A stretch of DNA of 64,000 nucleotides from TPA_inf: Saccharomyces (GCA_000146045.2 BK006948.2:768001-832000), one strand, 5' to 3'. Shown: positions 1-12,020, counted from the first letter of the stretch. Notes: a model not told the origin generated them from the sequence alone. Numbers and translations are program-made.

Positions 1-266
1 GTAGTAGAATTGACTGGAACGCTTCTTCTATAGTCTACACGGAAGCTATACTCCCTTGAATAGATGGTAGATGTTCCGCATAAGGTTTGTCCTTTTGGTT
101 TTTTAGCCCCGTTCGGGGTTCGAACTGCTAAGTCATATTCCGCACATATGCGTCCGCAGACTCTCATTGGATCATTCTTACCCATTCGGGTCATAATGCA
201 AGCCTTTACCATTTATGGCACTTTGATTTCCCTTTCCATCTCACATCTTCAATTCTATTGTTTTTG

Positions 267-293
267 AAAAAAAAAAAAAATAAAAAAAAAAAA
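267..293. promoter_or_regulatory. Poly(dA:dT) tract (A14-T-A12) in the promoter region upstream of WTM2. The gene upstream of the window is presumably YOR228C, so this may be a divergent promoter.
   Basis: A14 T A12 read directly in the sequence. Such tracts exclude nucleosomes in yeast promoters (established). Confidence 0.5.
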
Positions 294-408
294 GATTAAA
301 GGCAATTAGTTAGCTGACGTATGGAACATCTCTGCTGTACAGCTACATTTACTTATAAGACAAGGAGCAATTAGTAGCGACGGGAGCAAGAACTAAAAAG
401 GATAGAGG

Positions 409-1812
409 ATGGCGAAAAGCAAATCCAGTCAGGGTGCGAGTGGAGCACGCCGTAAACCGGCACCTTCTTTATACCAACACATTTCTAGCTTTAAACCACA
501 ATTCAGCACAAGAGTCGACGATGTTTTACATTTTAGCAAGACACTGACATGGAGAAGTGAGATTATTCCAGACAAATCCAAGGGCACCTTGACGACTAGT
601 CTTTTATATTCTCAAGGTAGTGATATTTACGAAATAGACACTACTTTACCATTAAAGACATTCTATGACGACGACGACGACGACGACAACGACGACGACG
701 ACGAAGAAGGTAACGGCAAGACGAAGTCTGCAGCCACCCCAAATCCAGAGTATGGTGATGCTTTCCAAGATGTTGAGGGGAAACCATTGCGCCCAAAGTG
801 GATTTACCAGGGCGAAACAGTGGCAAAAATGCAATACTTGGAAAGCTCAGACGACAGTACGGCGATCGCGATGTCCAAGAACGGCTCTTTGGCATGGTTC
901 AGAGATGAGATCAAGGTTCCCGTTCATATCGTACAGGAAATGATGGGCCCTGCTACTAGATACTCTAGTATTCACTCTCTAACCAGACCAGGTTCATTAG
1001 CAGTGTCAGATTTTGATGTGTCGACAAATATGGATACGGTAGTAAAGTCACAAAGTAACGGCTACGAGGAGGACAGCATCTTGAAAATCATCGACAACTC
1101 CGATAGACCGGGAGATATATTACGTACAGTGCACGTTCCAGGGACCAACGTGGCTCACTCAGTTAGATTTTTTAACAACCATTTATTTGCATCTTGTTCA
1201 GATGACAACATTTTAAGATTCTGGGACACAAGAACAGCGGACAAACCGCTTTGGACGCTAAGCGAACCGAAAAATGGACGACTAACGTCCTTCGATTCCT
1301 CTCAAGTTACTGAAAACCTATTTGTCACTGGGTTCAGCACGGGTGTCATCAAGCTATGGGATGCGCGTGCTGTGCAACTGGCTACTACTGACCTCACACA
1401 TAGGCAGAACGGCGAGGAACCGATCCAAAACGAAATAGCCAAGTTGTTCCATTCTGGCGGCGATTCCGTTGTCGATATCCTGTTCTCACAAACCTCTGCA
1501 ACAGAATTTGTTACGGTTGGAGGAACGGGTAATGTCTACCACTGGGACATGGAGTACTCTTTTTCAAGAAACGACGATGACAACGAAGACGAAGTTCGAG
1601 TGGCTGCTCCGGAGGAACTTCAGGGTCAATGTTTAAAATTTTTCCACACAGGTGGCACAAGAAGATCGAGCAACCAATTCGGGAAGAGGAACACTGTGGC
1701 GCTACACCCCGTAATCAATGATTTTGTTGGCACTGTTGATTCAGATAGTCTTGTTACTGCCTACAAACCATTTCTGGCCAGTGACTTCATTGGCAGAGGT
1801 TACGACGATTAA
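409..1812 (+). CDS. WTM2: WD40-repeat transcriptional modulator, 467 aa. Paralogue of the next gene. Contains an acidic poly-Asp stretch.
   Basis: Full-length ORF. WD-repeat motifs (LRFWDTR, IKLWDAR). About 70% identical to the adjacent 437-aa ORF. Size and order match YOR229W. Confidence 0.9.
   Translation: MAKSKSSQGASGARRKPAPSLYQHISSFKPQFSTRVDDVLHFSKTLTWRSEIIPDKSKGTLTTSLLYSQGSDIYEIDTTLPLKTFYDDDDDDDNDDDDEEGNGKTKSAATPNPEYGDAFQDVEGKPLRPKWIYQGETVAKMQYLESSDDSTAIAMSKNGSLAWFRDEIKVPVHIVQEMMGPATRYSSIHSLTRPGSLAVSDFDVSTNMDTVVKSQSNGYEEDSILKIIDNSDRPGDILRTVHVPGTNVAHSVRFFNNHLFASCSDDNILRFWDTRTADKPLWTLSEPKNGRLTSFDSSQVTENLFVTGFSTGVIKLWDARAVQLATTDLTHRQNGEEPIQNEIAKLFHSGGDSVVDILFSQTSATEFVTVGGTGNVYHWDMEYSFSRNDDDNEDEVRVAAPEELQGQCLKFFHTGGTRRSSNQFGKRNTVALHPVINDFVGTVDSDSLVTAYKPFLASDFIGRGYDD
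667..702 (+). repeat. (GAC)7-AAC-(GAC)4 in-frame trinucleotide repeat encoding DDDDDDDNDDDD in WTM2
   Basis: Read directly from the sequence. It also accounts for the spurious alternate-frame ORFs at 641..895, 652..834 and 665..943 (poly-R, poly-V, poly-T). Confidence 0.95.
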
Positions 1813-2799
1813 AAAAAAAAAAGAGTAAGAAATTAACGTTACCACCTATGGGAAAGGCAGTAACTCACAAGCATTCACGTACATAATTCTGTTTTTTTTT
1901 TTTTTATTCATTTCTAGCACGCTATCGGGGTTATTTTTTTTTTTGTAATATATAGTGATGGTATAATGTTGTATAGATACTGGTATCGCTCCTAATAAAG
2001 ACTCTTTCAGATTTCTGAAGCCAACGAAGTAAGGCCTCAAGAAAAGAGGGTTACCAGTAATTAACCAAGCAATTTCTTTTTTTTCTTTCCAGCAAAGAAA
2101 TAAGACAAAAACCGGCTATATGGAGAAGAGGGAGGATCTAATGGTGACATAGTCCATTTCAAGATTCCCTCTTTCGTTTCTCGGATGAAGCTCGATGTTT
2201 ACAATTCAGAATCTTAAAAGGCTGTCGCTAAGAAAGACCCAGAGGCACATGCAAGATAGTTGTGCCTGTACCACGTGAGAAGGCGGTATTCAATATGCGG
2301 TGCTGTGCTGGCTTCCCTTTTTGGAACGCGCCGGGGTATAACAAAGAAAGGCTAAGTCATACAATAGGCAAAAGACCTTTGTCTTTCCTTTTTTTCCTCT
2401 TTCCTAACATACGGTGGTTTATGTACTATCCCTTATGTAATTGCTTAGCTATACACAGTGAGCACACATAGTGGCGCTCACTACTCCCTTTTAATTTCAA
2501 CTCGTAGATAGTTGGGCTATTTTCCTTCGAATCCTCGTTTATCATCTCATATTTAAGAGTACCATTTCGGGGCTTTTTTTTACCTTTTCCTTTTCCATGC
2601 AGTCTGTCCCCTTAATGTTCTATGTTTTTTTTTTTTTTTTTTCAGTTCTGTAGCTTCCAGTATAAAGGGAGGGAAAAAAGAAGATCCGAAAAGTTTATAT
2701 TCGCCTGAATTGTAGATATTAGATAAGAAAATTAATTATTAATCAACCAATCTTGAAAGATACAAATAAATTGTAACACACTATACATTACAACCAAAA

Positions 2800-4113
2800 A
2801 TGCCAAAAAAGGTTTGGAAATCATCTACGCCTTCCACTTATGAACATATCTCCAGCTTAAGACCAAAATTTGTGTCTCGTGTGGACAATGTTCTGCACCA
2901 AAGGAAGTCCTTGACGTTCAGCAACGTTGTTGTTCCAGATAAAAAAAATAACACTCTAACCTCAAGTGTTATATACTCTCAAGGTAGTGATATCTACGAA
3001 ATTGACTTCGCTGTACCACTACAAGAAGCCGCTTCAGAACCGGTGAAAGACTATGGTGACGCCTTTGAAGGTATTGAAAACACCTCGTTGAGCCCAAAAT
3101 TCGTGTACCAGGGTGAAACTGTCTCCAAAATGGCCTACTTAGATAAGACTGGAGAAACTACATTATTGTCGATGTCTAAGAACGGGTCGTTGGCTTGGTT
3201 CAAAGAGGGTATAAAGGTCCCTATTCACATTGTACAGGAATTGATGGGTCCAGCAACCAGCTATGCCAGCATCCATTCTTTAACCAGACCTGGTGATCTA
3301 CCTGAAAAGGATTTCTCATTAGCCATCTCTGACTTCGGCATTTCCAATGATACCGAAACCATTGTGAAGTCTCAGAGTAATGGTGATGAAGAAGACAGTA
3401 TTTTGAAAATCATTGACAATGCCGGTAAGCCTGGTGAGATTCTACGTACTGTTCATGTGCCTGGTACCACTGTGACTCACACCGTAAGATTTTTCGACAA
3501 TCATATCTTTGCGTCTTGTTCAGATGACAATATTCTGAGGTTCTGGGACACTAGAACTTCCGACAAGCCTATATGGGTGTTGGGAGAACCAAAGAACGGA
3601 AAATTGACCTCGTTTGATTGCTCTCAGGTTTCCAACAACTTGTTTGTTACCGGTTTCAGTACGGGTATTATCAAGTTATGGGATGCCAGAGCGGCTGAAG
3701 CTGCCACCACTGATTTGACTTATAGACAAAACGGTGAAGATCCAATTCAGAATGAAATCGCTAACTTCTATCATGCCGGCGGTGATTCTGTTGTCGACGT
3801 CCAATTTTCTGCCACTTCAAGCTCTGAATTCTTTACTGTGGGCGGCACTGGTAATATTTACCACTGGAACACTGACTATTCCTTGTCAAAGTACAATCCT
3901 GACGATACCATTGCTCCTCCTCAAGATGCCACTGAAGAATCACAAACAAAATCTCTGAGATTCTTGCACAAGGGTGGAAGCAGAAGATCTCCAAAACAGA
4001 TTGGAAGAAGAAACACCGCCGCTTGGCATCCAGTTATTGAAAACTTGGTTGGTACTGTCGATGACGATAGTTTAGTCAGCATCTACAAGCCCTATACCGA
4101 GGAAAGCGAATAG
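2800..4113 (+). CDS. WTM1: WD40-repeat transcriptional modulator, 437 aa
   Basis: Full-length ORF, paralogous to WTM2, with a TATAAAGG box about 140 bp upstream. Matches YOR230W. Confidence 0.9.
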   Translation: MPKKVWKSSTPSTYEHISSLRPKFVSRVDNVLHQRKSLTFSNVVVPDKKNNTLTSSVIYSQGSDIYEIDFAVPLQEAASEPVKDYGDAFEGIENTSLSPKFVYQGETVSKMAYLDKTGETTLLSMSKNGSLAWFKEGIKVPIHIVQELMGPATSYASIHSLTRPGDLPEKDFSLAISDFGISNDTETIVKSQSNGDEEDSILKIIDNAGKPGEILRTVHVPGTTVTHTVRFFDNHIFASCSDDNILRFWDTRTSDKPIWVLGEPKNGKLTSFDCSQVSNNLFVTGFSTGIIKLWDARAAEAATTDLTYRQNGEDPIQNEIANFYHAGGDSVVDVQFSATSSSEFFTVGGTGNIYHWNTDYSLSKYNPDDTIAPPQDATEESQTKSLRFLHKGGSRRSPKQIGRRNTAAWHPVIENLVGTVDDDSLVSIYKPYTEESE

Positions 4114-4600
4114 TCGCCATGCTAAACGCGCGGAACAAGGCCATATTTATATATTTAATGCTTTTAACTATTATTAGTTTTTCTCACCCAGGGCTGGTTT
4201 CTTTACCCTGTGTGATGAAAGTGCGCGCCTAAAGTTATGTATGAGCTACTGTTAGTATATTTATTATTCAATATTTAATTAAACAATACTTACTACTGAT
4301 GAAAGATACCGTACACCTGCTGGCGAATAAGTCACTATACACGAGCAATTATATTTCTCAGGTCATTGCGACAATTGAAAAATCGGATCGACTGATTATC
4401 ATTAAGGCGTGTGACGGCTCAGAATAAGGAAGTTCTATTTTAAAGGGCAGCAAAAATTTGGCACAATTTAAAAAGAAAGTTGGTCTCTGGTAGGGTTGGA
4501 TCCGGTTTTTCATAACTTGCGTTTCATTTATGGTTGCGTATTTCTCGCAGTGTACATAGACCAAATTAACTCTATCCTTCCATTGCACAATTTGCCCAGT

Positions 4601-6127
4601 ATGGCTTCACTGTTCAGACCCCCAGAATCTGCGAAATGCAACCCAAACTCTCCTAGACTTAAACTGCCCCTCTTACGAAATAATCAGGTAGATGAAAATA
4701 ATATATACTTGACGTCGAATGGGAGTTCCACCACAGCTTACAGTAGCCACACCCCAGAACCACTGACCTCTTCCACATCGACACTTTTCTCCCAAACTCG
4801 ACTTCATCCTAGCGACTCTTCAATGACTTTAAATACAATGAAGAAGAGGCCTGCACCGCCATCTTTACCTTCGCTCAGCATAAATTCACAGTCTAAGTGC
4901 AAAACACTACCCGAACTCGTACCCATCGCCGATGTGTCTGATGGTAAACATGATTTAGGATTGAAACAGCGTGTGATAGCCGAAAATGAGTTGTCTGGTA
5001 ATAGTGACTTAACCCCTTCATCGATGGCAAGCCCCTTTTCACATACAAACACCTCTTCTCCCTACCTCAGAAATGATCTGAGCAATTCAGTGGGATCTGA
5101 CTTTTCAAATTTGATATCGGCATATGAACAAAGTTCAAGTCCCATCAAGTCATCGTCCCAGCCTAAATCATCTTCTGAATCGTACATAGACTTAAACAGT
5201 GTACGAGATGTTGATCAATTGGATGAAAATGGTTGGAAATATGCAAATTTAAAAGATAGGATCGAGACATTAGGCATTCTAGGAGAAGGAGCCGGTGGCT
5301 CTGTTTCCAAGTGTAAATTGAAAAATGGATCAAAAATATTCGCTTTAAAAGTGATAAACACATTAAATACAGATCCCGAGTATCAGAAGCAAATATTCAG
5401 AGAATTACAGTTTAATAGGAGTTTCCAATCCGAATATATCGTACGATATTATGGAATGTTTACGGATGACGAAAACTCTTCAATTTATATTGCTATGGAG
5501 TACATGGGTGGGCGATCGTTGGATGCTATTTATAAAAATTTGTTAGAGCGTGGTGGTAGGATCAGTGAAAAAGTCCTGGGGAAGATTGCAGAAGCGGTAC
5601 TAAGAGGACTATCATATTTGCATGAAAAAAAAGTTATTCATAGAGATATTAAGCCCCAGAATATTTTACTGAATGAAAATGGTCAGGTGAAACTTTGTGA
5701 TTTTGGGGTCAGTGGAGAAGCCGTTAACTCGCTAGCCACAACATTCACGGGGACGTCATTCTATATGGCTCCAGAAAGGATTCAAGGTCAACCATACAGT
5801 GTCACATCTGATGTATGGTCACTTGGATTAACGATTTTGGAAGTGGCGAACGGGAAATTTCCATGCTCTTCCGAGAAGATGGCAGCCAATATAGCTCCCT
5901 TTGAATTGTTAATGTGGATTTTAACATTTACTCCTGAATTAAAGGATGAACCCGAATCTAATATCATATGGAGTCCATCATTCAAATCCTTTATCGACTA
6001 CTGTCTGAAAAAAGATAGTCGTGAACGGCCATCTCCAAGACAAATGATCAATCATCCTTGGATAAAGGGTCAAATGAAAAAAAATGTCAATATGGAAAAA
6101 TTCGTGAGGAAGTGCTGGAAAGATTAA
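4601..6127 (+). CDS. MKK1: MAP kinase kinase of the cell-wall-integrity (PKC1-SLT2) pathway, 508 aa
   Basis: N-terminus MASLFRPPESAKCNP. Kinase subdomains HRDIKPQNILL, DFG and APE. S/T-rich N-terminal half. The tracked ORF (4496) begins 35 codons upstream; the annotated Met is codon 36. Confidence 0.92.
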   Translation: MASLFRPPESAKCNPNSPRLKLPLLRNNQVDENNIYLTSNGSSTTAYSSHTPEPLTSSTSTLFSQTRLHPSDSSMTLNTMKKRPAPPSLPSLSINSQSKCKTLPELVPIADVSDGKHDLGLKQRVIAENELSGNSDLTPSSMASPFSHTNTSSPYLRNDLSNSVGSDFSNLISAYEQSSSPIKSSSQPKSSSESYIDLNSVRDVDQLDENGWKYANLKDRIETLGILGEGAGGSVSKCKLKNGSKIFALKVINTLNTDPEYQKQIFRELQFNRSFQSEYIVRYYGMFTDDENSSIYIAMEYMGGRSLDAIYKNLLERGGRISEKVLGKIAEAVLRGLSYLHEKKVIHRDIKPQNILLNENGQVKLCDFGVSGEAVNSLATTFTGTSFYMAPERIQGQPYSVTSDVWSLGLTILEVANGKFPCSSEKMAANIAPFELLMWILTFTPELKDEPESNIIWSPSFKSFIDYCLKKDSRERPSPRQMINHPWIKGQMKKNVNMEKFVRKCWKD

Positions 6128-6572
6128 TCAATAAGCAATTTTTTGCGAACATGATTAAGTTTATTTTACTTTATTTCGCATTTTCCATAAAAAAATTTTC
6201 CTCCATACAAGATTCATACCCAGGATAGCCTAACTAAAATGTATGGCTTTATACAGCTTGACGACAAACTTAATTTGAATATATAGATATATTAATTTAA
6301 TCAGCAGGATTAGCATTTAATGTCTTACATGTCTTTGTATTTGGCATACGTATTCAGTGATATTTTAATACCTCGCAACGCAATTTCCAGCGAGTTTACG
6401 TTTGAAGCAAACGTAACTCCCATGAGTTATACATAACGCCTGCTGCAGCTGAACCAGAACAATATACCGTGGTATTACCGTAAGCATTTGAAAACAATAA
6501 TAAGTTTCCAAGTGCCGCTTTAGATCCAAAGTACAAGGACATATTGTGGAAGAGTAAGTTGAATATTTGAAA

Positions 6573-7259
6573 ATGAGAGCTTTTTCAGCAGCCACCGTTA
6601 GGGCCACAACTAGGAAGTCGTTCATCCCAATGGCACCAAGAACTCCTTTTGTGACTCCATCATTTACAAAGAATGTAGGCTCAATGAGAAGAATGAGATT
6701 TTATTCTGATGAAGCCAAAAGTGAAGAATCCAAAGAAAACAATGAAGATTTGACTGAAGAGCAATCAGAAATCAAGAAATTAGAGAGCCAGTTAAGCGCG
6801 AAGACTAAAGAAGCTTCTGAACTCAAGGACAGATTATTAAGATCTGTGGCAGATTTCAGAAATTTACAACAAGTCACAAAGAAGGATATTCAGAAAGCTA
6901 AGGACTTTGCTTTACAGAAGTTTGCAAAGGATTTATTGGAATCTGTAGATAACTTTGGTCATGCTTTGAATGCTTTTAAAGAGGAAGACTTACAAAAGTC
7001 CAAGGAAATTAGTGATTTGTATACAGGGGTTAGAATGACAAGAGATGTTTTTGAAAACACCCTAAGAAAGCACGGTATTGAAAAATTAGACCCATTGGGA
7101 GAACCATTTGATCCAAATAAACACGAAGCAACGTTCGAGTTGCCACAACCTGATAAGGAACCGGGTACTGTTTTCCATGTACAACAATTAGGTTTCACCT
7201 TGAATGACAGAGTTATCAGACCAGCAAAAGTCGGAATTGTTAAGGGCGAAGAGAACTAA
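6573..7259 (+). CDS. MGE1: Mitochondrial GrpE nucleotide-exchange factor for mtHsp70, 228 aa
   Basis: MRAFSAATVRATTRK presequence rich in R/S/T. Coiled-coil followed by a GrpE C-terminal domain. The third Met of the tracked ORF is taken as the start. Confidence 0.88.
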   Translation: MRAFSAATVRATTRKSFIPMAPRTPFVTPSFTKNVGSMRRMRFYSDEAKSEESKENNEDLTEEQSEIKKLESQLSAKTKEASELKDRLLRSVADFRNLQQVTKKDIQKAKDFALQKFAKDLLESVDNFGHALNAFKEEDLQKSKEISDLYTGVRMTRDVFENTLRKHGIEKLDPLGEPFDPNKHEATFELPQPDKEPGTVFHVQQLGFTLNDRVIRPAKVGIVKGEEN

Positions 7260-7845
7260 CCTTGATGAAGAATTATTACTACCTACGACTTTATCTATAT
7301 GTGCCTTTTTTCTTTCTCTGCCTGGTTTAGTTTTATTTACTACGTTTACTTGTATATATTTGTAAACTAATGAAAATATAAAGAAATAAATCTCAAAACA
7401 TGCTTTTATACTGTAAAAACTGGTGTTATATGGGTTAATGAAAGGCATATAATATACAAGGGTGACAAATTTTTAGTACTTTCGTATACATTTTAAAGAA
7501 GACACTTTTGTTTCTTGAGGACTGGTCAATTCCATTTTTATTTTTTTGTAAACAATGACGGCGAGTTTCATTAGGAACGTGAGCAGAAAAATATTATCTG
7601 TTGTAAACAATCGCATCGGTGGGAGAGCATAAACTTCTACTGAAGATATACGGTTTGAAAAGACAATAACGCATTAGTTGTTTTTTTAGTACATATTTTT
7701 TTAGCAAGTTCACTGTTTATTGAGCTTACTGTGATTTTCAAGTAAAACACCTTTTATTTTCTCGAGGAAATCCAGCCACCTTTTCACAGGTAAAGTCATC
7801 GCATAATATTCTATCAGGACATTCCGTATACCTGAATATATATAC

Positions 7846-10248
7846 ATGGCTTCTGTACCTAAACGCCATACATACGGTGGCAACGTTGTCACTGATAGGG
7901 ACCGTCATTCTCTTCAAAGAAACAATGAGATTTTGCATCCTATACATAAAAATCAGCGAAAACATGCTACCTTCGGACCATACATAATCGGTTCCACTTT
8001 GGGTGAGGGAGAATTTGGTAAAGTTAAGCTGGGTTGGACCAAGGCTTCCTCCTCGAACGAGGTTCCTAAGCAAGTGGCAATCAAATTAATTAGAAGAGAT
8101 ACAATCAAGAAAGATGCCGATAAAGAAATTAAAATATACCGCGAAATTAACGCACTGAAGCATTTAACTCATCCTAACATTATCTATTTAGAAGAGGTCC
8201 TGCAGAATTCGAAATACATTGGAATAGTGCTAGAGTTTGTATCTGGGGGAGAATTCTATAAGTATATTCAACGTAAGAGGAGATTAAAGGAATCTTCTGC
8301 ATGCAGATTGTTTGCCCAATTAATTAGTGGGGTCAATTATATGCACTACAAAGGACTTGTTCATAGGGACTTAAAACTGGAAAATTTATTATTAGATAAG
8401 CACGAAAATTTAGTCATCACGGATTTTGGTTTTGTGAATGAATTTTTTGAAGATAACGAATTAATGAAAACTTCTTGTGGTTCGCCCTGTTATGCAGCAC
8501 CAGAACTAGTTGTTAGTACCAAGGCATATGAAGCAAGAAAGGCAGATGTTTGGTCGTGTGGTGTTATTCTTTATGCAATGCTCGCTGGATATTTGCCGTG
8601 GGATGACGATCATGAAAATCCAACGGGTGACGATATTGCTAGACTGTACAAATACATCACGCAAACACCTCTTAAATTTCCCGAATATATAACCCCTATT
8701 CCAAGAGATTTGCTGAGGCGAATACTGGTACCCAATCCAAGAAGAAGAATAAACTTACAAACAATAAAAAGGCATGTGTGGTTGAAGCCTCATGAAGCGT
8801 TTTTGAGCATTCAGCCGAACTATTGGGATGAACACTTACAGAAGGAACGTCCGAAACCGCCAAACAAAGGTGACGTTGGTCGCCACTCAACTTATTCTTC
8901 ATCAGCATCTTCGTACTCAAAAAGTAGGGATAGAAACTCTTTAATTATAGAGTCGACTCTAGAGCAACATCGAATGTCTCCACAGCTTGCGACCAGCAGA
9001 CCAGCATCACCAACATTCTCTACTGGTTCCAAAGTGGTGTTAAACGATACGAAAAATGACATGAAAGAATCTAATATAAATGGCGAGCGTACTAGTGCAT
9101 CATGCAGGTACACACGTGATTCGAAGGGCAACGGCCAGACCCAAATAGAACAAGTATCAGCTAGACACTCATCCAGAGGCAATAAGCACACATCGGTCGC
9201 GGGACTCGTAACAATCCCTGGCTCCCCCACAACTGCAAGAACAAGGAATGCACCATCATCAAAGCTTACTGAGCATGTAAAAGATTCTAGTCAGACAAGC
9301 TTTACTCAGGAGGAATTCCACCGTATTGGTAATTATCACGTGCCTCGCAGTAGACCTAGGCCAACTTCATATTATCCTGGACTCAGTCGTAACACCGCGG
9401 ATAATAGTTTAGCGGATATTCCAGTAAATAAGTTGGGTTCGAATGGTAGGTTGACAGATGCCAAAGACCCGGTACCGTTGAACGCAATACACGATACCAA
9501 CAAAGCTACAATCTCCAACAATTCCATTATGCTATTATCAGAAGGTCCGGCTGCAAAGACTTCCCCAGTAGATTACCATTATGCTATTGGCGACTTAAAC
9601 CATGGTGACAAACCCATAACTGAGGTTATCGACAAAATTAATAAGGACCTTACTCATAAAGCAGCTGAAAATGGTTTTCCTCGAGAGAGCATCGACCCAG
9701 AGAGTACCTCAACGATATTAGTTACGAAAGAACCCACTAACTCCACCGATGAAGATCATGTAGAATCTCAGCTGGAGAATGTTGGCCACTCTTCTAATAA
9801 ATCAGACGCTTCTTCTGATAAAGATAGTAAAAAGATCTACGAAAAAAAAAGGTTCAGCTTCATGTCGTTGTACTCATCCTTAAATGGTTCAAGATCCACT
9901 GTTGAATCTCGTACCTCAAAAGGGAATGCACCTCCTGTTTCATCTAGAAATCCATCAGGACAATCGAATAGAAGTAACATTAAAATAACTCAGCAGCAAC
10001 CACGTAACCTTTCCGACAGAGTTCCAAATCCCGATAAGAAAATTAATGATAATAGAATAAGAGACAACGCACCTAGCTATGCTGAAAGCGAGAATCCGGG
10101 AAGGTCTGTACGGGCTTCTGTTATGGTGTCAACACTACGAGAAGAAAATCGATCGGAATTGTCGAATGAAGGGAATAATGTCGAGGCACAGACTTCAACA
10201 GCAAGAAAGGTTCTGAATTTTTTCAAAAGAAGGAGCATGAGGGTTTGA
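7846..10248 (+). CDS. KIN4: Ser/Thr protein kinase of the spindle position checkpoint, 800 aa
   Basis: N-terminal kinase domain (GEGEFGKV, HRDLKLENLLLD, DFG, APE). Long S/N-rich disordered C-terminus. Confidence 0.9.
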   Translation: MASVPKRHTYGGNVVTDRDRHSLQRNNEILHPIHKNQRKHATFGPYIIGSTLGEGEFGKVKLGWTKASSSNEVPKQVAIKLIRRDTIKKDADKEIKIYREINALKHLTHPNIIYLEEVLQNSKYIGIVLEFVSGGEFYKYIQRKRRLKESSACRLFAQLISGVNYMHYKGLVHRDLKLENLLLDKHENLVITDFGFVNEFFEDNELMKTSCGSPCYAAPELVVSTKAYEARKADVWSCGVILYAMLAGYLPWDDDHENPTGDDIARLYKYITQTPLKFPEYITPIPRDLLRRILVPNPRRRINLQTIKRHVWLKPHEAFLSIQPNYWDEHLQKERPKPPNKGDVGRHSTYSSSASSYSKSRDRNSLIIESTLEQHRMSPQLATSRPASPTFSTGSKVVLNDTKNDMKESNINGERTSASCRYTRDSKGNGQTQIEQVSARHSSRGNKHTSVAGLVTIPGSPTTARTRNAPSSKLTEHVKDSSQTSFTQEEFHRIGNYHVPRSRPRPTSYYPGLSRNTADNSLADIPVNKLGSNGRLTDAKDPVPLNAIHDTNKATISNNSIMLLSEGPAAKTSPVDYHYAIGDLNHGDKPITEVIDKINKDLTHKAAENGFPRESIDPESTSTILVTKEPTNSTDEDHVESQLENVGHSSNKSDASSDKDSKKIYEKKRFSFMSLYSSLNGSRSTVESRTSKGNAPPVSSRNPSGQSNRSNIKITQQQPRNLSDRVPNPDKKINDNRIRDNAPSYAESENPGRSVRASVMVSTLREENRSELSNEGNNVEAQTSTARKVLNFFKRRSMRV

Positions 10249-10495
10249 GTTTTCAGTACATAGTTATATCGACAATTACATTATATTATAGAGTGATAAT
10301 ATTATTTTCTTTTTGAATTTTAACAGTCTTTTTGATAGGACACCAAATATTGCTTAACGCACTGCATGTTCCTGGTAGAGAAAGAAGAAGAAAAGTCTTA
10401 CTGTCACTACCTGCAGAAAAGATTGTATGAAACGAAATGGAGTAAGAACTCAAAATATAAACAAAAGAATAAGGATATATATATGAATGCTTATT

Positions 10496-10506
10496 TTTTA
10501 TATTTT
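10496..10506. promoter_or_regulatory. Exact 11/11 match to the ARS consensus sequence (TTTTATATTTT), lying between the convergent 3' ends of KIN4 and RPL33B
   Basis: Fits WTTTAYRTTTW. Sits in an AT-rich region between two converging genes, a common location for ARSs. Such matches occur often by chance in AT-rich yeast DNA. Confidence 0.2.
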
Positions 10507-10554
10507 ATACAATATTAATAACAATAATTATAATTTTGTTTTGGTTTAACTTAA

Positions 10555-11405
<851 letters not shown>

Positions 11406-11900
11406 TTTATCTATGATTTATCTGGTTCTACTTTTGCAAAGGTTGTTTAAGCAAAGAAACTGTTTTCGGACCTTTATCTGCTATAATAATCGTTTTTTCA
11501 AAATCTGGTGCTAAGCGTAACTGGTGCAAGCCATAGGTAGCCTCACTACGGTACAGAGGTTACTTTGAAAGCAAGAACCCTTCACATGTCACACCTGCAC
11601 GCAGAGGCATGGAGAGGCCAGCACAAACCACCATGGATGGGTAAAGTCATAGAAGGAAAAGCACATGGTACCCAGGCAGAGTTCCCCCCAGCAGTGACGC
11701 TCTGTTGCACTGGCCGGAAGAAGATGGTGTAAAGAGAAGCGGTCTCCAGGCAGAACAAATTCTGATTGCCCGTCTACCGGTAAAGCTTTCTCACAATATA
11801 CCGTACGTTTCAAAAAAAATATTGATTCTTTTTTTATAAAAATATCAGTAGTATGTATGGGCTGATTGTATGGGTTTATACAGGCCGTCAAAATTTTTTC

Positions 11901-11922
11901 ACCCCCCCATACCCCACATACC
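11901..11922. promoter_or_regulatory. C/A-rich Rap1-like element (ACCCCCCCATACCCCACATACC) sitting between the divergent RPL33B and SNR17A genes
   Basis: Resembles the UASrpg/telomeric Rap1 motif ACACCCATACA. About 500 bp upstream of the RPL33B ATG and about 190 bp upstream of the U3 transcription start. Followed by a T-rich tract and the U3 TATA box. Confidence 0.45.
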
Positions 11923-12020
11923 TTTTACTATTAACCCTGATTTTTTTTCTTTTCACATACAGCGCCTTAAGGCGAAGGCAAATCCTGAAAATTTTCTCAT
12001 TTGCTTTCCCCCACCAGACA

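Noticed and set aside
64-267. 67-aa ORF and a tRNA-like T-arm motif (GGTTCGAAC) at the window start
   Set aside because: No acceptor, D or anticodon stems can be formed, so it is not a tRNA. The ORF is short, lies in a promoter region and has no coding signal.
641-943. Three overlapping ORFs (84, 60 and 92 aa) giving poly-R, poly-V and poly-T proteins
   Set aside because: Alternate-frame and antisense readings of the WTM2 (GAC)n repeat.
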